64,000 nucleotides of DNA from the human T2T-CHM13v2.0 reference genome, Homo sapiens, in NCBI RefSeq assembly GCF_009914755.1, contig NC_060933.1, one strand, 5' to 3'. Below are positions 47,198 through 64,000 of this stretch, piece after piece (the first letter of the stretch is position 1; the number at the start of each line of letters is the position of its first letter). Below the pieces are notes generated by a model. The model was not told the DNA's origin. It ran no database searches and saw only the letters and a program-made list of their open reading frames with translations. The position numbers were made by a program, and so were the translations under genes.

Positions 47198-48614
47198 GAT
47201 TGTTTGGTAGTTTACTGTTGAGTTTGAAAGTTCTTTACATATTTAGATATGATAACTCAGAAATGTGGCTAGTAAATATTTTTCCTAATCTGTAGGTTGG
47301 CTTTTAATCCCCTTCACAAAGTTCTTCACATGGAAAAACTTTGCATGAAGTTTAACATTTTAACTTTTAATTTTTACAAAGTACTATTTATTGTTCTTTT
47401 ATTTTATGAATCTTGATTTTGTAGACCAGGGTTTTACCTTATCTGGCAGGCAGAATAGGAAGAAGTGTGTCTACTCTATCCTGTTCAGAACCAGAAGTAC
47501 TCATAAAATTTGTTTTTTAAACTAGAATCTGTGTTATGCTTACTTGCAAATTTTAAAACAAGCTCCCATAATACACTTGTGGGAGAGTCATTTGCAACTT
47601 TTTAGTTAGTTTTATATTTTCAGAATAAGACTTGAACATTATTTTAGGAGTAAAATAGTCCTGAATTCTTACAGGAAAAAAATAAACCAGAGCTCTCTTT
47701 TTCCTACATTCTTTTTCCACAAGTCTTACCTCTCAGAAGTAGCAATTAACCCTTTAGCTATTTCACTATTTATTGGCTTTGATATATGTAAATAATGTTT
47801 TCATCAATACTTCCTAGCTTATTAATTTTAGATATTTAATTTAATTCTTATTATGGATGATTATTTGGCTTTCACAATAACTCCCACTTTGATCCAACCA
47901 TCATTTCATAATTGTATACTTTTGGTTAAATCAGTGTTCAGTATTTACATTATTATGACTTTGTAACTGTTGTTCACTGTTGTGCCAATTTATATTCTTT
48001 GATGATGTTTTCTTTCCTGTACATTTGAATTTACCTGCAATCAATAACTTTTTTTTTTAACTTACATGCTTGTTACTTATAGTCTCTCAAGCCTGTTTAA
48101 TACATGGCCATAACCACTGAATAACGATTTGCATCTTATTCTGGTGGCCTCCCTCCTACAGCACTCCTTCCTACTAGTCCAATAGGGAGCATTTTGTTTC
48201 TTAGTCCTGCTTAACAGCTGTCATACAAGAACTTTGGTTTTCTGCTCTTCTGTCTTGGAACCCAATTTTCTAGATCCAATATTTTCATTTACCTTGTATT
48301 TTCTTTCTTCCTAGTTTTTGTAGGCGCACATAAGCAGTGGCTTGCTAAAATAAAGTGCATAGGATGTAACATTTTTGAGATGTTCTCTCTTAAAATATTT
48401 GTATTCCTTCCTCATGCTTGATTAATAGCTTATCAGGTTAGAAAATTGATTTCAGTTAAAATTTGGAAGGTATTCTTTACTGTCATCCAGCTTCTTTACA
48501 TTGCTGATGAAAGGATCAACATCTTTCCAGTTACTCCATATTATGTACATGTACTCTTTATGTCTTGACACTTGCAGACATTTTCTTTTAATTCCTTGTA
48601 TTCTGAAATGTTTG

Positions 48615-48742
48615 AAGGTAGCAGATATTTGATTCATGAATTGTCTCTATAACATGAAAGTGCAAGGTGAAGCAGCAAGTGATGATATAGAAGCTGCAGC
48701 AAGTTATCCAGAACATCCCATTCAGATTATTGATGAAAGTGG
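48615..48742 (+). mobile_element. Tigger1 transposase fragment
   Basis: Translation [28 protein letters not shown] matches Tigger1 [32 protein letters not shown]. Confidence 0.8.
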
Positions 48743-48929
48743 ATCTTGTCTCTGTCTTCTTCTCCTTCATTCCCCCCTTCTTTCATTCTACCCTAATTTC
48801 ACAGGGTCTCCAAATTCCCATTGTGGCTTTCGCCCCATCACTGGCCTTACCCCTAAAACCCTACAACCGGAGGCACCTCTGCCTTGGCACCCACATTTTC
48901 GCTCCTACTTTTCCTGCTCATGATAATAA

Positions 48930-49305
48930 AGGGGATCTCATGAAGAAGGAGAGTAGATTTGTGGTTACCAGAGGCCAGGAAGGGGAGTGAGGTGGGGGAT
49001 GAAGAGAATGTGATTAATGGTACAAATATAAAGTTTGATAGAAAAAATAAGACCTGTATTGGATAGATCAGCAGGCTGACTACAGTTTAAAATAATCTAT
49101 TATATATTTCAAAATAGCTAGAAGAGAATTATTCACATGCTTTTAGCAAAAAGATAAATATTTAAGATAATGGCTATTCAAATTACACTGATTTGATCTT
49201 TACAAATTATGTGAATGCATTAAATTATTACATGTATCCAAAAAATATGTACATGATCATTTATCAATAATAAATGTTTTAAAAACCAATGTATATCAAA
49301 AAAAT
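48930..49305 (+). mobile_element. L1M (MA-type) 3' end
   Basis: gagagtagatttgtggttaccagaggc...atatttcaaaatagctagaagagaa...ctgatttgatctttaca. Confidence 0.8.
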
Positions 49306-50081
49306 AAGTACACCAAAAAGTTAATAGAATTTATTTCTGACAGAAATAATAATGTTAAGAATTTATTTCTGAGACTATTTGGACATACAGAAATGATAGG
49401 AATTCATGAACACCTTCTTCTTCCAACTATCACAAGTGCCTGATTCTTGGCAGTTACAGCTTTAGCCCCATTTTGTTTCTTTTTCTTTTTATTATTATAC
49501 TTTAAGTTTTAGGGTACATGTGCACAACGTGCAGGTTTGTTACATATGTATACATGTGCCATGTTGGTGTGCTGCACCCATTAACTCATCATTTAACATT
49601 AGGTATATCTCCTAATGCTATTCCTCCCGCCTCCCCCCACCCCACAACAGGCCCCAGTGTGTGATGTTCCCTTTCCTGTGTCCATGTGTTCTCATTGTTC
49701 AATTCCCACCTATTAGTGAGAACATGTGGTGTTTGGTTTTTTGTCCTTGCAATAGTTTGCTGAGAATGATGGTTTCCAGCTTCATCCATGTCCCTACAAA
49801 GGACATGAACTCATCATTTTTTATGGCTGCATAGTATTCCATGGTGTATATGTGCCACATTTTCTTAATCCAGTCTATCATTGTTGGACATTTGGGTTGG
49901 TTCCAAGTCTTTGCTATTGTGAATAGTGCCACAATAAACATACATGTGCATGTGTCTTTATAGCAGCATGATTTATAATCCTTTGGGTATATACCCAGTA
50001 ATGGGATGGCTGGGTCAAATGGTATTTCTAGTTCTAGATCCCTGAGGAATCGCCACACTGACTTCCACAATGGTTGAACTA

Positions 50082-50747
<666 letters not shown>

Positions 50748-50881
50748 TCATTTCTTGTTTTTGTCAGGTTCGTCAAAGATCAGATGGTTGTAGATATGTG
50801 GCATTATTTCTGAGGGCTCTGTTCTGTTCCATTGGTCTATATCTCTGTTTTGGTACCAGTACCATGTTGTTTTGGTTACTA

Positions 50882-51991
<1,110 letters not shown>

Positions 51992-52444
51992 TCATAAAAT
52001 GAGTTAGGAAGGATTCTCTCTTTTTCTATTGATTGGAATAGTTTCAGAAAGAATGGTACCAGTTCCTCCTTGTACCTCTGGTAGAATTTGGCTGTGAATC
52101 TGTCTGGTCCTGGACTTTTTTTTGTTGGTAAACTATTAATTATTGCCTCAATTTCAGAGCCTGTTATTGGTCTCTTCAGAGATTCAACTTCTTCCTGGTT
52201 TAGTCTTGGGAGGGTGTATGTGTCAAGGAATTTATCCCTTTCTTCTAGATTTTCTAGTTTATTTGCATAGAGGTGCTTATAGTATTCTCTGATGGTAGTT
52301 TGTATTTCTGTGGGATCAGTGGTGATATCCCCTTTATCATTTTTTATTGCATCTATTTGATTTTTCTCTCTTTTCTTCCTTATTAGTCTTGCTAGCAGTC
52401 TATCAATTTTGTTAATCTTTTCAAAAAACCAGCTCCTGGATTCA

Positions 52445-53536
<1,092 letters not shown>

Positions 53537-54699
53537 TTATTTTGCTCGTTAGTTGATGCAGTTTCTTCCTAGCCTCGATGGTCTTTACAATTTGGCATGT
53601 TTTTGCAGTGGCTGGTACTGGTTGTTCCTTTCCATGTTTAGTGCTTCCTTCAGGAGCTCTTTTAGCGCATGCCTGGTGGTGACAAAATCTCTCAGCGTTT
53701 GCTTGTCTGTAAAGGATTTTATGTCTCCTTCACTTAGTATCCAGCTTAGTTTGACTGGATATGAAATTCTGGATTGAGAATTCTTTTCTTTAAGAATGTT
53801 GAATATTGGCCCCCACTCTCTCCTGGCTTGTAGAGTTTCTGCCGAGAGATCCGCTGTTAGTCTGATGGGCTTCCCTTTGTTGGTAACTTGACCTTTCTCT
53901 CTGGCTGCCCTTAACATTTTTTCCTTCTTTTCAACTTTGGTGAATCTGACAATTATGTGTCTTGGAGTTGCTCTTCTCAGGGAGTATCTTTGTGGCATTC
54001 CTGTGTTTCCTGAATTTGAATGTTGGCTTGCCTTGCTAGATTGGGAAAGTTCTCCTGGATAATATCCTGCAGAGTGTTTTCCAACTTGGTTCCATTCTCC
54101 CCGTCACTTTCAGGTACACCAATCACATGTAGATTTGGTCTTTTCACATAGTCCCATATTTCTTGGAGGCTATGTTCATTTCTTTTTATTCTTTTTTCTC
54201 CAAACTTCTCTTCTCACTTCATTTCATTCATTTCATCTTGCGTCATGGATACCCTTTCTTCCAGTTGATCAAATCAGCTACTGAGGCTTGTGCATTTGTC
54301 ACATAGTTCTCATGCCGTGGTTTTCAGCTCCATCACGTCCTTTAAGGACTTCTCTGCATTGGTTATCCTAGTTAGCCATTTGTCTAATTTTTTTTCAAGG
54401 TTTTTAACTTCTTTGCCATGGGTTCGAACTTCCTCCTTTAGCTCGGAGTAGTTTGATCGTCTGAAGCCTTCTTCTCTCAACTCGTCAAAGTCATCCTCCG
54501 TCCAGCTTTGTTCCATTGCTGGTGAGGAGCTGCGTTCCTTTGGAGGAGGAGAGGCACTCTGATTTTTAGAGTTTCCAGTTTTTCTGCTCTGTTTTTTCCC
54601 CATCTTTGTGGTTTTATCTACCTTTGGTCTTTGATGATGGTGATGTACAGGTGGGGTTTTGGTGTGGATGTCCCTTCTGTTTGTTAGTTTTCCTTCTAA

Positions 54700-55631
54700 C
54701 AGTCAGGACCCTCAGCTGCAGGTCTGTTGGAGTTTGCTGGAGGTCCACTCCAGACCCTGTTTGCCTGGGTATCAGTAGCAGAGGCTGCAGAACGGCGCAT
54801 ATTGCTGAACAGCAAATGTTGCTTCCTGATCGTTCCTCTGGAAGTTTTGTCTCAGAGGAGTACCCGGCCGTGTGAGGTGTCAGTCTGCCCCTACTGGGGT
54901 GTGCCTCCCAGTTAGGCTACTCGGGGGTCAGGGACCCACTTGAGGAGGCAATCTGTCCGTTCTCAGATCTCCAGCTGCATGCTGGGAGAACCACTACTCT
55001 CTTAAAAGCTGTCAGACAGGGACATTTAAGTCTGCAGAGGTTTCTGCTGCCTTTTGTTTGGCTGTGCCCTGCCACCAGAGGTGGAGTCTACAGAGGCAGG
55101 CAGGCCTCCTTGAGCTGCAGTGGGCTCCACCCAGTTCGAGCTTCCGGGCTGCTTTGTTTACCTACTCAAGCCTCGGCAATGGCGGGCACCCCTCCCCCAT
55201 CCTCGCTGCCACCTTGCAGTTTGATCTCAGACTGCTGTGCTAGCAATGAGCGAGGCTCTGTGGGCGTAGGATGCTCCAAACCAGGGACGGGATATAATCT
55301 TCTGGTGTGCCGTTTGCTAAGACCATTGGAAAAATGCAGTATTAGGGTGGGAGTGACCTGATTTTCCAGGTGCCGTCTGTCACCCCTTTCTATGACTAGG
55401 AAAGGGAATTCACTGACCCCTTGCACTTCCCATGTGAGGCGATGCCTCGCCCTGCTTTGGCTCACGCTCGGTGTGCTGCACCCACTGTCCTGCACCCACT
55501 GTCCAACACTCCCCAGTGAGATGAGCCCGGTACCTCAGTTGGAAAGGCAGAAATCACCCGTCTTCTGCGTCGCTCACGCTGGGAGCTGTAGACTGGAGCT
55601 GTTTCTATTTGGCCATCTTGGCTCCACCCCC
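54700..55631. promoter_or_regulatory. L1 5' UTR: sense promoter (minus strand, YY1 site AAGATGGCC) and antisense promoter (plus strand)
   Basis: ggccatcttg at 55611-55620 is the YY1 motif. Residual CpGs. Activity is not shown by sequence alone. Confidence 0.7.
55179..55361 (+). pseudogene. L1 ORF0, prematurely terminated (60 aa)
   Basis: MAGTPPPSSLPPCSLISDCCASN...IRVGVT* matches ORF0. The stop is a CGA to TGA change. Confidence 0.8.
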
Positions 55632-56639
55632 CTATTTTGTTTCTTCTGCCTCCTGTAGAAAAACTGTTGATCCTCAGTCATAGAATTACTTACATTTCTT
55701 GACAGTAAGCAATTCATGGCAAACACCTGCCTCCTTAAATCTTCCCTCAAATCATCTAACATGAAGCCAAATTATATAAGGAGTCCTCCCACCACACTCT
55801 TATTGAGACATGCCACATGTGCTGATGGGATCAGTCTTCCTTGTTACATCAAGTAACCCAAATTCTTTTCACTACAAGTCTTTCTGGTAGTCTTTGAACA
55901 GTGAGCATTACCAGCAGTAAGGCACACCATCCTCTGAAACTTCACAGTTTACTCATCTACAAAAAGAGGAAATCAAACTAATAGCATTAGCCTGATTGTT
56001 TCCAAGGGACTTTCCAGTTCTGTCATGCCATAGCCATAAGAGTTTGCTATTTTTCTCCCTTTGATCTGATTTTATATACTTACCAAATCTCTGAGAAACT
56101 ACAATAATGATTGTTTCTACTTTTTATAAGAGAAGATTTACAATAATTAAGACAAATGCTATTCTAAAAGACAGTTCTCTAGTGTTCTCAGAGAGAATGA
56201 TTAACAGCAGTATTCCTCTGTAATCTATGCAAAGCTTTGAAGTCAGAAGTACCAGAAACCAAGATTTATGCTATAAATAATCCTATAATCCTATATGTAG
56301 GCTTTATAATCTTCATCTTTCTCTGGAGTTTTAACCATTTTACAGAAATTGAAGCATAGAAGTAAATTTTTTGGCATGGCAGTTTATAAACCAAATGTGG
56401 TTAAAAGCAACTGAGTAATCTTCACTTATGCAGATATAATGATGAAGTCAGTAAATAACATGCAATTTAATTATATTTCTGATACATATGACACATCAGT
56501 TATACATCATAATATTTAGTTTAGAAACTTCTATCTTTTGTTGAAATTTGGCTGAATGGATCCTTTTGATTTAATAAGTTTTTATTAGAGAATAAAGATC
56601 CCTCTCCCTATAGTTCTGAGAAATTTATTTAAATTTCAG

Positions 56640-56951
56640 TGAAGAAAGATGTGAGAGGAAATGTTGCTAGTGAAGGGAAGAGGTTCATATAGAATAATCA
56701 AAGACAACTGACTGCCAGAGAAAAGAAGAATATGAACAAGAAGAGCAGCAACACTGTCAAAAGAAAACCTCTGCAAAGAAAAGTTTGTAGAGGAGCAGCT
56801 CTCACTAATGTTAAAAGGGCTATGCACTAAGATTATCTTTTGGATTGTGGAAGCAGACATTTCTTGGAAAACTGCAAAAAAAAGAAAAAAAATTCCAGGA
56901 AGAAATCTTTATAAAACAGCAGTCATGGAAGTATTAAAGTGTTTCTAGAAG
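56640..56951 (+). pseudogene. Candidate decayed exon, purine-rich
   Basis: tttcag acceptor and ag|gtatat donor. Charged, protein-like pieces in shifting frames (QRQLTAREK, EEYEQEEQQHCQK, RAMH*DYLLDCGSRHFLE). Confidence 0.3.
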
Positions 56952-58119
56952 GTATATATTTTCTCATATCAGGTAATATTTTAAATGCAAAGTTTAATCA
57001 TTCTGCCAAACGTACTTACTACTGAAGGTTTCTATGGTAGTGCCTTATTTTATTAAATTGGTGCATTGTGTGGACAGCTGAGGGGTACTATACTCAGATC
57101 TGGTAATAATTCTAGCTCTATCCACTCCTATATAAGTCGCTTCCCTTTTCCCATCCTCAGTAAAACAAGCATCAAGACAAAGTGATCAGTAATATTTCTC
57201 CCTAGTCTAAAATGATAGTATTCGGAGTTCAAGAAAGAATCATGCTAAGTAGCAGAATCTTGTCTATAAAATACCAATGGCTATAGCATTTTTTATGATA
57301 ATTATTTTTACCTTGGGTCTTCCAAAAAAGAAGCCATATCAGTGTTTGCACTTCTGGTAATAGCAAAGTGGATGACTGGAACTAATATTCCTACATAGAG
57401 AAAGTTAAAAAAAATTTTAAATCTACTTTAAGACATCACAAATACAATGTATTGAAGAATCATCAGGCCGAGGTCCAGAAGATGGAAATTCTGGGACGTA
57501 AGTGATTTTCATGTTTCTTATTCTTAGTCACATTGGTTGACTCAGGAGAGGCCCTTGAAAAGAGGAGTGTCTGGGCAGTTCTTTTCAACATACTGTAAGT
57601 CTAAGGGGATAAGAGTTGGAGTTTGGAACCCTCTGGGAAGGTGGGGAGCTCAGAAGCTTTCACACATTGGGTTGGAGCAGCTGTATCCCAGGGGTAATGG
57701 TGAAACAAAGGTAGACTGGCCCTTGCAATACAGATGCTCAGCCTCAAACTCTCGCAATCCCTAAAACCGAATTAATATCATTCCAAATAGATATTCCTCC
57801 AGTCCTTAGCCAAATTAAGTTTAAAAAAAAAAATGCTCTCTAGAAAAACATATCATCATCCTAGGCTTTAAACTTTGTCTTCAAATAGTTCTTCAAATAT
57901 AAATTCTGCAATATAATACTTTTTTTAAAAAGCCACCCAAGGAGATGAGATCCCTTATTTCATACCTCTATTTCTCCATGTAGTATTCTACATTAACAAA
58001 CTATGATCTTGTTTTGCCTTCCTGGTTGAACTGTGAGCCCTTTTGTGGCTCTCCAGTATATAACAATGCCAGAAAGTATAGGTAAACTATAGAAAATACC
58101 ATAAGGAAAGTATGGATAA

Positions 58120-58758
58120 TACTCTTGGTGGAAATGTAAATTAGTTCAGCTCCTGTGGAAAGAAGTTTAAGGATTTCTCAAAGAACTGAAAATATAACTA
58201 CCATTAGACCCAGCAATCCCATGATTGGGTATATACCCAAAGAAAAATAAATTATTCTACCAAAAAGCCACCTGCACTCATGCTTATCACAGCACTACTT
58301 ACAATAACAAAGACATGGAAACAACACAGGTGCCCATCAGCAATGGATTGGATAAAAAAAAAGTGGTATATATATACCACGTAATACTACACAGCATAAA
58401 AAAAGAATAAAGTCATGTCCTTTCCAGCAACATGATTGCAGCTGGAGGCCATTATCCTAAGCAAATTAACATAGAAACAGAAAACCAATTATCACATATT
58501 CTCACTAATAAATGGAAGCTAAGCCCTGTATAGAAATGTATATAAAGATGGGAACAATAGACAACAGGACTCTAAAAGGAGAGCAAGAGGGAGGGGGCCA
58601 AGGGCTGAAAACCTTCCTGTCAGGTGCTATGTTCACTCTCTGGGTGATGGGATCAATAGAAGCCCAAACTTCAGCGTCACGCAATATACCCTTGTAATAA
58701 ACCTGCATGTGTGCCCCCTGAATCTAAAACTTAAATTTAAAAAAAGAAAAAAAAAGAG
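58120..58758 (+). mobile_element. L1PA15/16-like 3' end
   Basis: ORF2 C-terminus and 3' UTR (aacctgcatgtgtgccccctgaatctaaaa), A tail, TSD aaagtat[g/a]gataa. Confidence 0.88.
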
Positions 58759-58928
58759 AAAAGTATAGATAAAATATACAGGGTCACTTAGGGAGAAGAA
58801 GAATCCTACAGAGGGGGGGATTCATTTATTCGCTCATTCATTCATACATCCACTCATTGCATAAACACAGGCCCTGTATACCTAACCATCTTTTAGATTA
58901 AAATATGAATACCATTCCTCAGAGGGCC

Positions 58929-59370
58929 TGTATTAGTCAGGGTTCCCTAGAGGGACAGAACTAATAGGATAGCTACACTATATATAAAGGGGAGTTTATT
59001 AAGTATTAACTTAGATGATCACAAGATCCCACAATAGGCCATATGCAAGCTTCAGGAGCAAGGAAAGCCAGTCAGAGACTCAAAACTGAAGAATTTGGAA
59101 TCTGATGTTTGAGGGCAGGAAGTAACCAGCCCGGAAGAAAGATGTGGGCTGGGATGTTAGGCCGGTCTTGCCTTTTCACCTTTTTCTGCCTGCTTTATAT
59201 TCGCTGGCAGCTGATTAGATTGTGCCCACCAGATTAAGGGTGGGTCTGCCCTCCCCAGCCCACTGACTCAAATGTTAATCTCCTTTGGCAACACCCTCAC
59301 AGACACACCCAGGATCAATACTTTGTATCCTTCAATCCAGTCAAATTGATGCTCAGTATTAACCATCACA
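58929..59370 (-). mobile_element. MLT2A (HERV-L) solo LTR
   Basis: tgtattagtcagggttccctagagggacagaactaatagg...cagtattaaccatcaca, perfect TSD gggcc. Confidence 0.93.
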
Positions 59371-59828
59371 GGGCCCATAACAGGGGACATCATGCAGAAA
59401 CTGTCCTCTATAAACCTTGCCTTAAAGTATAGCTGTTTTTGTGTGTTCTCTCAGCAGATTAGGCTTATGGGGAAACTTTCTGATTTTGGACACCTTCTAG
59501 TTTTTTCTAGTCAGTGGTGTGCTCAAGCCAGTAAAACCACAACCACCTTGGCCTTAAGATAGTTTGGTTTTAAAGAAAGATGTTACCTGTCTCCAACAGA
59601 CAGATTTCAGGTTAATAGACCTAAATTTGGGGCTCTTCCCTGTCCTGGGGGCAGAAAAGCTGAAAGTCAGGTTAAGTTTGAGAAAACCTGAGTCTAGCTC
59701 TCTGACTGTCTGCTACTGCCAGGCCAATGGGTCCATGAGGGATTTTGCAGCAAAGCTCACCCTCTCTGGGGTCTCTAAAACATAGCCCACACTGCATTGT
59801 GTTTTACATATCAGAGCATAGACTCTAA

Positions 59829-60155
<327 letters not shown>

Positions 60156-60429
60156 CTGTACAAATTTTTGTTTCACATTAATTTCTGTTTCTCGGCATTA
60201 TCACAAGGTGATTTCAGATACTTGAGTTCCAGACATTACTACCCATGACAGTTATGGGTGAAAGATTCAATCCAGAATTGGGACACACACAAGTGCAAAT
60301 TGTTTGAAAAGCCAAAAGTAGCCTCTCAAGTTTCACAGACAGCTTGCTCAAGGCACTAGCAACTGAGACACATGTGGGAAGCAGAACAGGGCAGATAAAG
60401 GCACATATGTTTCTGAGTCAGGTGACCTG

Positions 60430-60645
60430 TGCTCACATCTTGGCCCTGCCATTTGCTCTCTGTGTGATATTGAGGGAGTTACTAACCTCTTGGTCCCCAG
60501 TTTGCTCATCTATAAATTGCAGTATTGTTGGTTTTTCTATAGGATACTTGTTTGTTGTAAGGATTAAATGACATAATTCATGTGAAGTGTTTTTGAGCAC
60601 ATTGTCTGGCATGTGATAAGTGCCCAATAAATTACTATTAAGTTG
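60430..60645 (+). mobile_element. MIR
   Basis: cagtttgctcatctataaa...ttgtaaggattaaatga...tctggcatgtgataagtgcccaataaa. Confidence 0.8.
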
Positions 60646-61009
60646 TTACTGTGTGTTGTTGTTGTTATATGCAAGTTATATACAGAACAATATTCATAAA
60701 ATTGTCATGTCTTTTCCTCCTTGAGGCAGACACATTGGACTTACAGTGTGTAAAAAGAGTGCCTGGGATGGAAGTCACTGCCTATCATGTAGTTAATGGT
60801 CAACAAGTGACAGTTCAATCATTGGTCCATTCTCTCCTTCCTGTGCAATCAGTTCTCGATTTTCCATTGTGACAAAGAGGCAAAGAGATGTTGACAATCA
60901 AAAATGTTTTGTATTCCAAAGATTATGTATACTTAGCTTATAGAAGAGTGTTTTATACAACTTTTATAGAAGAATATGTTCAATGTTCATAAATCTCAAG
61001 TCAAAGTAA

Positions 61010-61145
61010 CTCATTCACCCTTTCATTCAATCAAATAATGCCAACTGAGACTAAGTCACATACCAGGCACTGTGTTGAATGTCCTGGACACAGGCAGGAA
61101 CAAGACTGCTGGTCCCTGTTATCAGGGAGCTTAAATTCTAATGGC
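61010..61145 (-). mobile_element. L2 3' end
   Basis: cattcaatcaaata...ccaggcactgtgttg...ggagcttaaattctaatgg. Confidence 0.65.
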
Positions 61146-61606
61146 AGCAACCAAGGTAATATTACTGCTCTCATGAGCCATAGGCACTTTCATGTGCTTC
61201 TTCCTCCATAAAAATATATTCAAAATTATATTTCATGACTGTGTTGGTATAAAGACTATTAATATTATATATTAAAACATTTCTTTGACCTAGAAATTTA
61301 TTTTCGTCTTCTGATTTTAAAAGCAATTAAAACAATTCATGGATCCCTAAGAGTATTACGGGCCCTATGCACTATGACTTCTGTGCCTGATGAAAAAGGT
61401 GACAGCAAAGCAAAGTGAACATGGAAACAAAAGATACCAACTGACTTATTTTGGTGACCATTTGAAGGTAAACTTCATACATCATGCATTTCACATGAAA
61501 ATATTTCAGCTTAAAGGCATTCTCTTGTGTACCCACGATACTATGATAATGCCTCAAAAATTAAGGTTAATTTGTAAAACTACGGTATTTTTAGCCTAAA
61601 TTATAG

Positions 61607-61979
<373 letters not shown>

Positions 61980-62296
61980 TAAGCCAGAGTTATATTACCT
62001 GATCTAACCATTCACATTATCTGCTAGATTTATCTTTGGATAATATTTGACTGTCAAAATAATGACTAATTTTTAATGCTTAAAATGTTTCTTGTGCTGA
62101 ACTTCTATTGATGCTTTATTGAGACACAAATTTCTCTATACTGTTTTTTTGTATTCTTTAATTTTTCTCCTTTGACATTTTTTTCTTTGCCCCAAAAATT
62201 CTTAGTACATACTCCTCTTTAGAAGTTCTGTCATGAATCAAGTTGCCTAAGATGAAATATCAGGAGAAAGAATTGTCTTATTTCATTTGCCAGATG

Positions 62297-62686
62297 TTAT
62301 TATTTTTTATTATACTTTAAGTTTTAGGGTACATGTGCACAACGTGCAGGTTTGTTACATATGTATACATGTGCCATGTTGGTGTGCTGCACCCATTAAC
62401 TTGTCATTTAACATTAGGTATATCTCCTAATGCTATCCTTCCCCCCTCCCCCCTCCCCCCACCCCACGAAAGGCCCCGGTGTGTGATGTTCCCCTTCCTG
62501 TGTCCATGTGTTCTCATTGTTCAATTCCCTCCTAAGAGTGAGAACATGCGGTGTTTGGTTTTTTGTCCTTGCGATAGTTTGCTGAGAATGATGGTTTCCA
62601 GCATCATCCGTGTCCCTACAAAGGACATGAACTCATCATTTGTTATGGCTGCATAGTATTCCATGGTGTATATGTGCCACATTTTC
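62297..62686 (-). mobile_element. L1PA4-like 3' end, interrupted by a younger L1
   Basis: ttatactttaagttttagggtacatg...gtttgttacat...catttaacattagg. Breaks at gtgccacattttc. Confidence 0.93.

Positions 62687-64000
<1,314 letters not shown>

Overview
Primate genomic DNA, most likely human or great ape given AluY, L1PA3-5 and HERV-H/LTR7. It is AT-rich and dominated by interspersed repeats, and I see no intact protein-coding gene. The long ORFs are broken HERV-H pro/pol and L1 ORF1/ORF2. Repeat subfamily names come from recognising consensus motifs by eye, not from a search. Three things stand out. (1) The non-repeat DNA holds a colinear series of AG/GT-flanked, frameshifted, stop-containing segments on the + strand (about 10.9 to 57 kb). 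Their repaired translations resemble successive RGS-like domains of RGS22 as I recall that protein, which suggests a decayed, intron-containing (unitary) pseudogene of an RGS22-like paralogue. (2) Two independently inserted, inverted L1PA copies about 22 kb apart share a 903-bp tract with one mismatch, including a frameshift and a stop codon. This points to recent gene conversion or inversion toggling. (3) The 5' junction of one of these L1s has about 120 bp of target DNA inverted and 43 bp duplicated as an inverted repeat.
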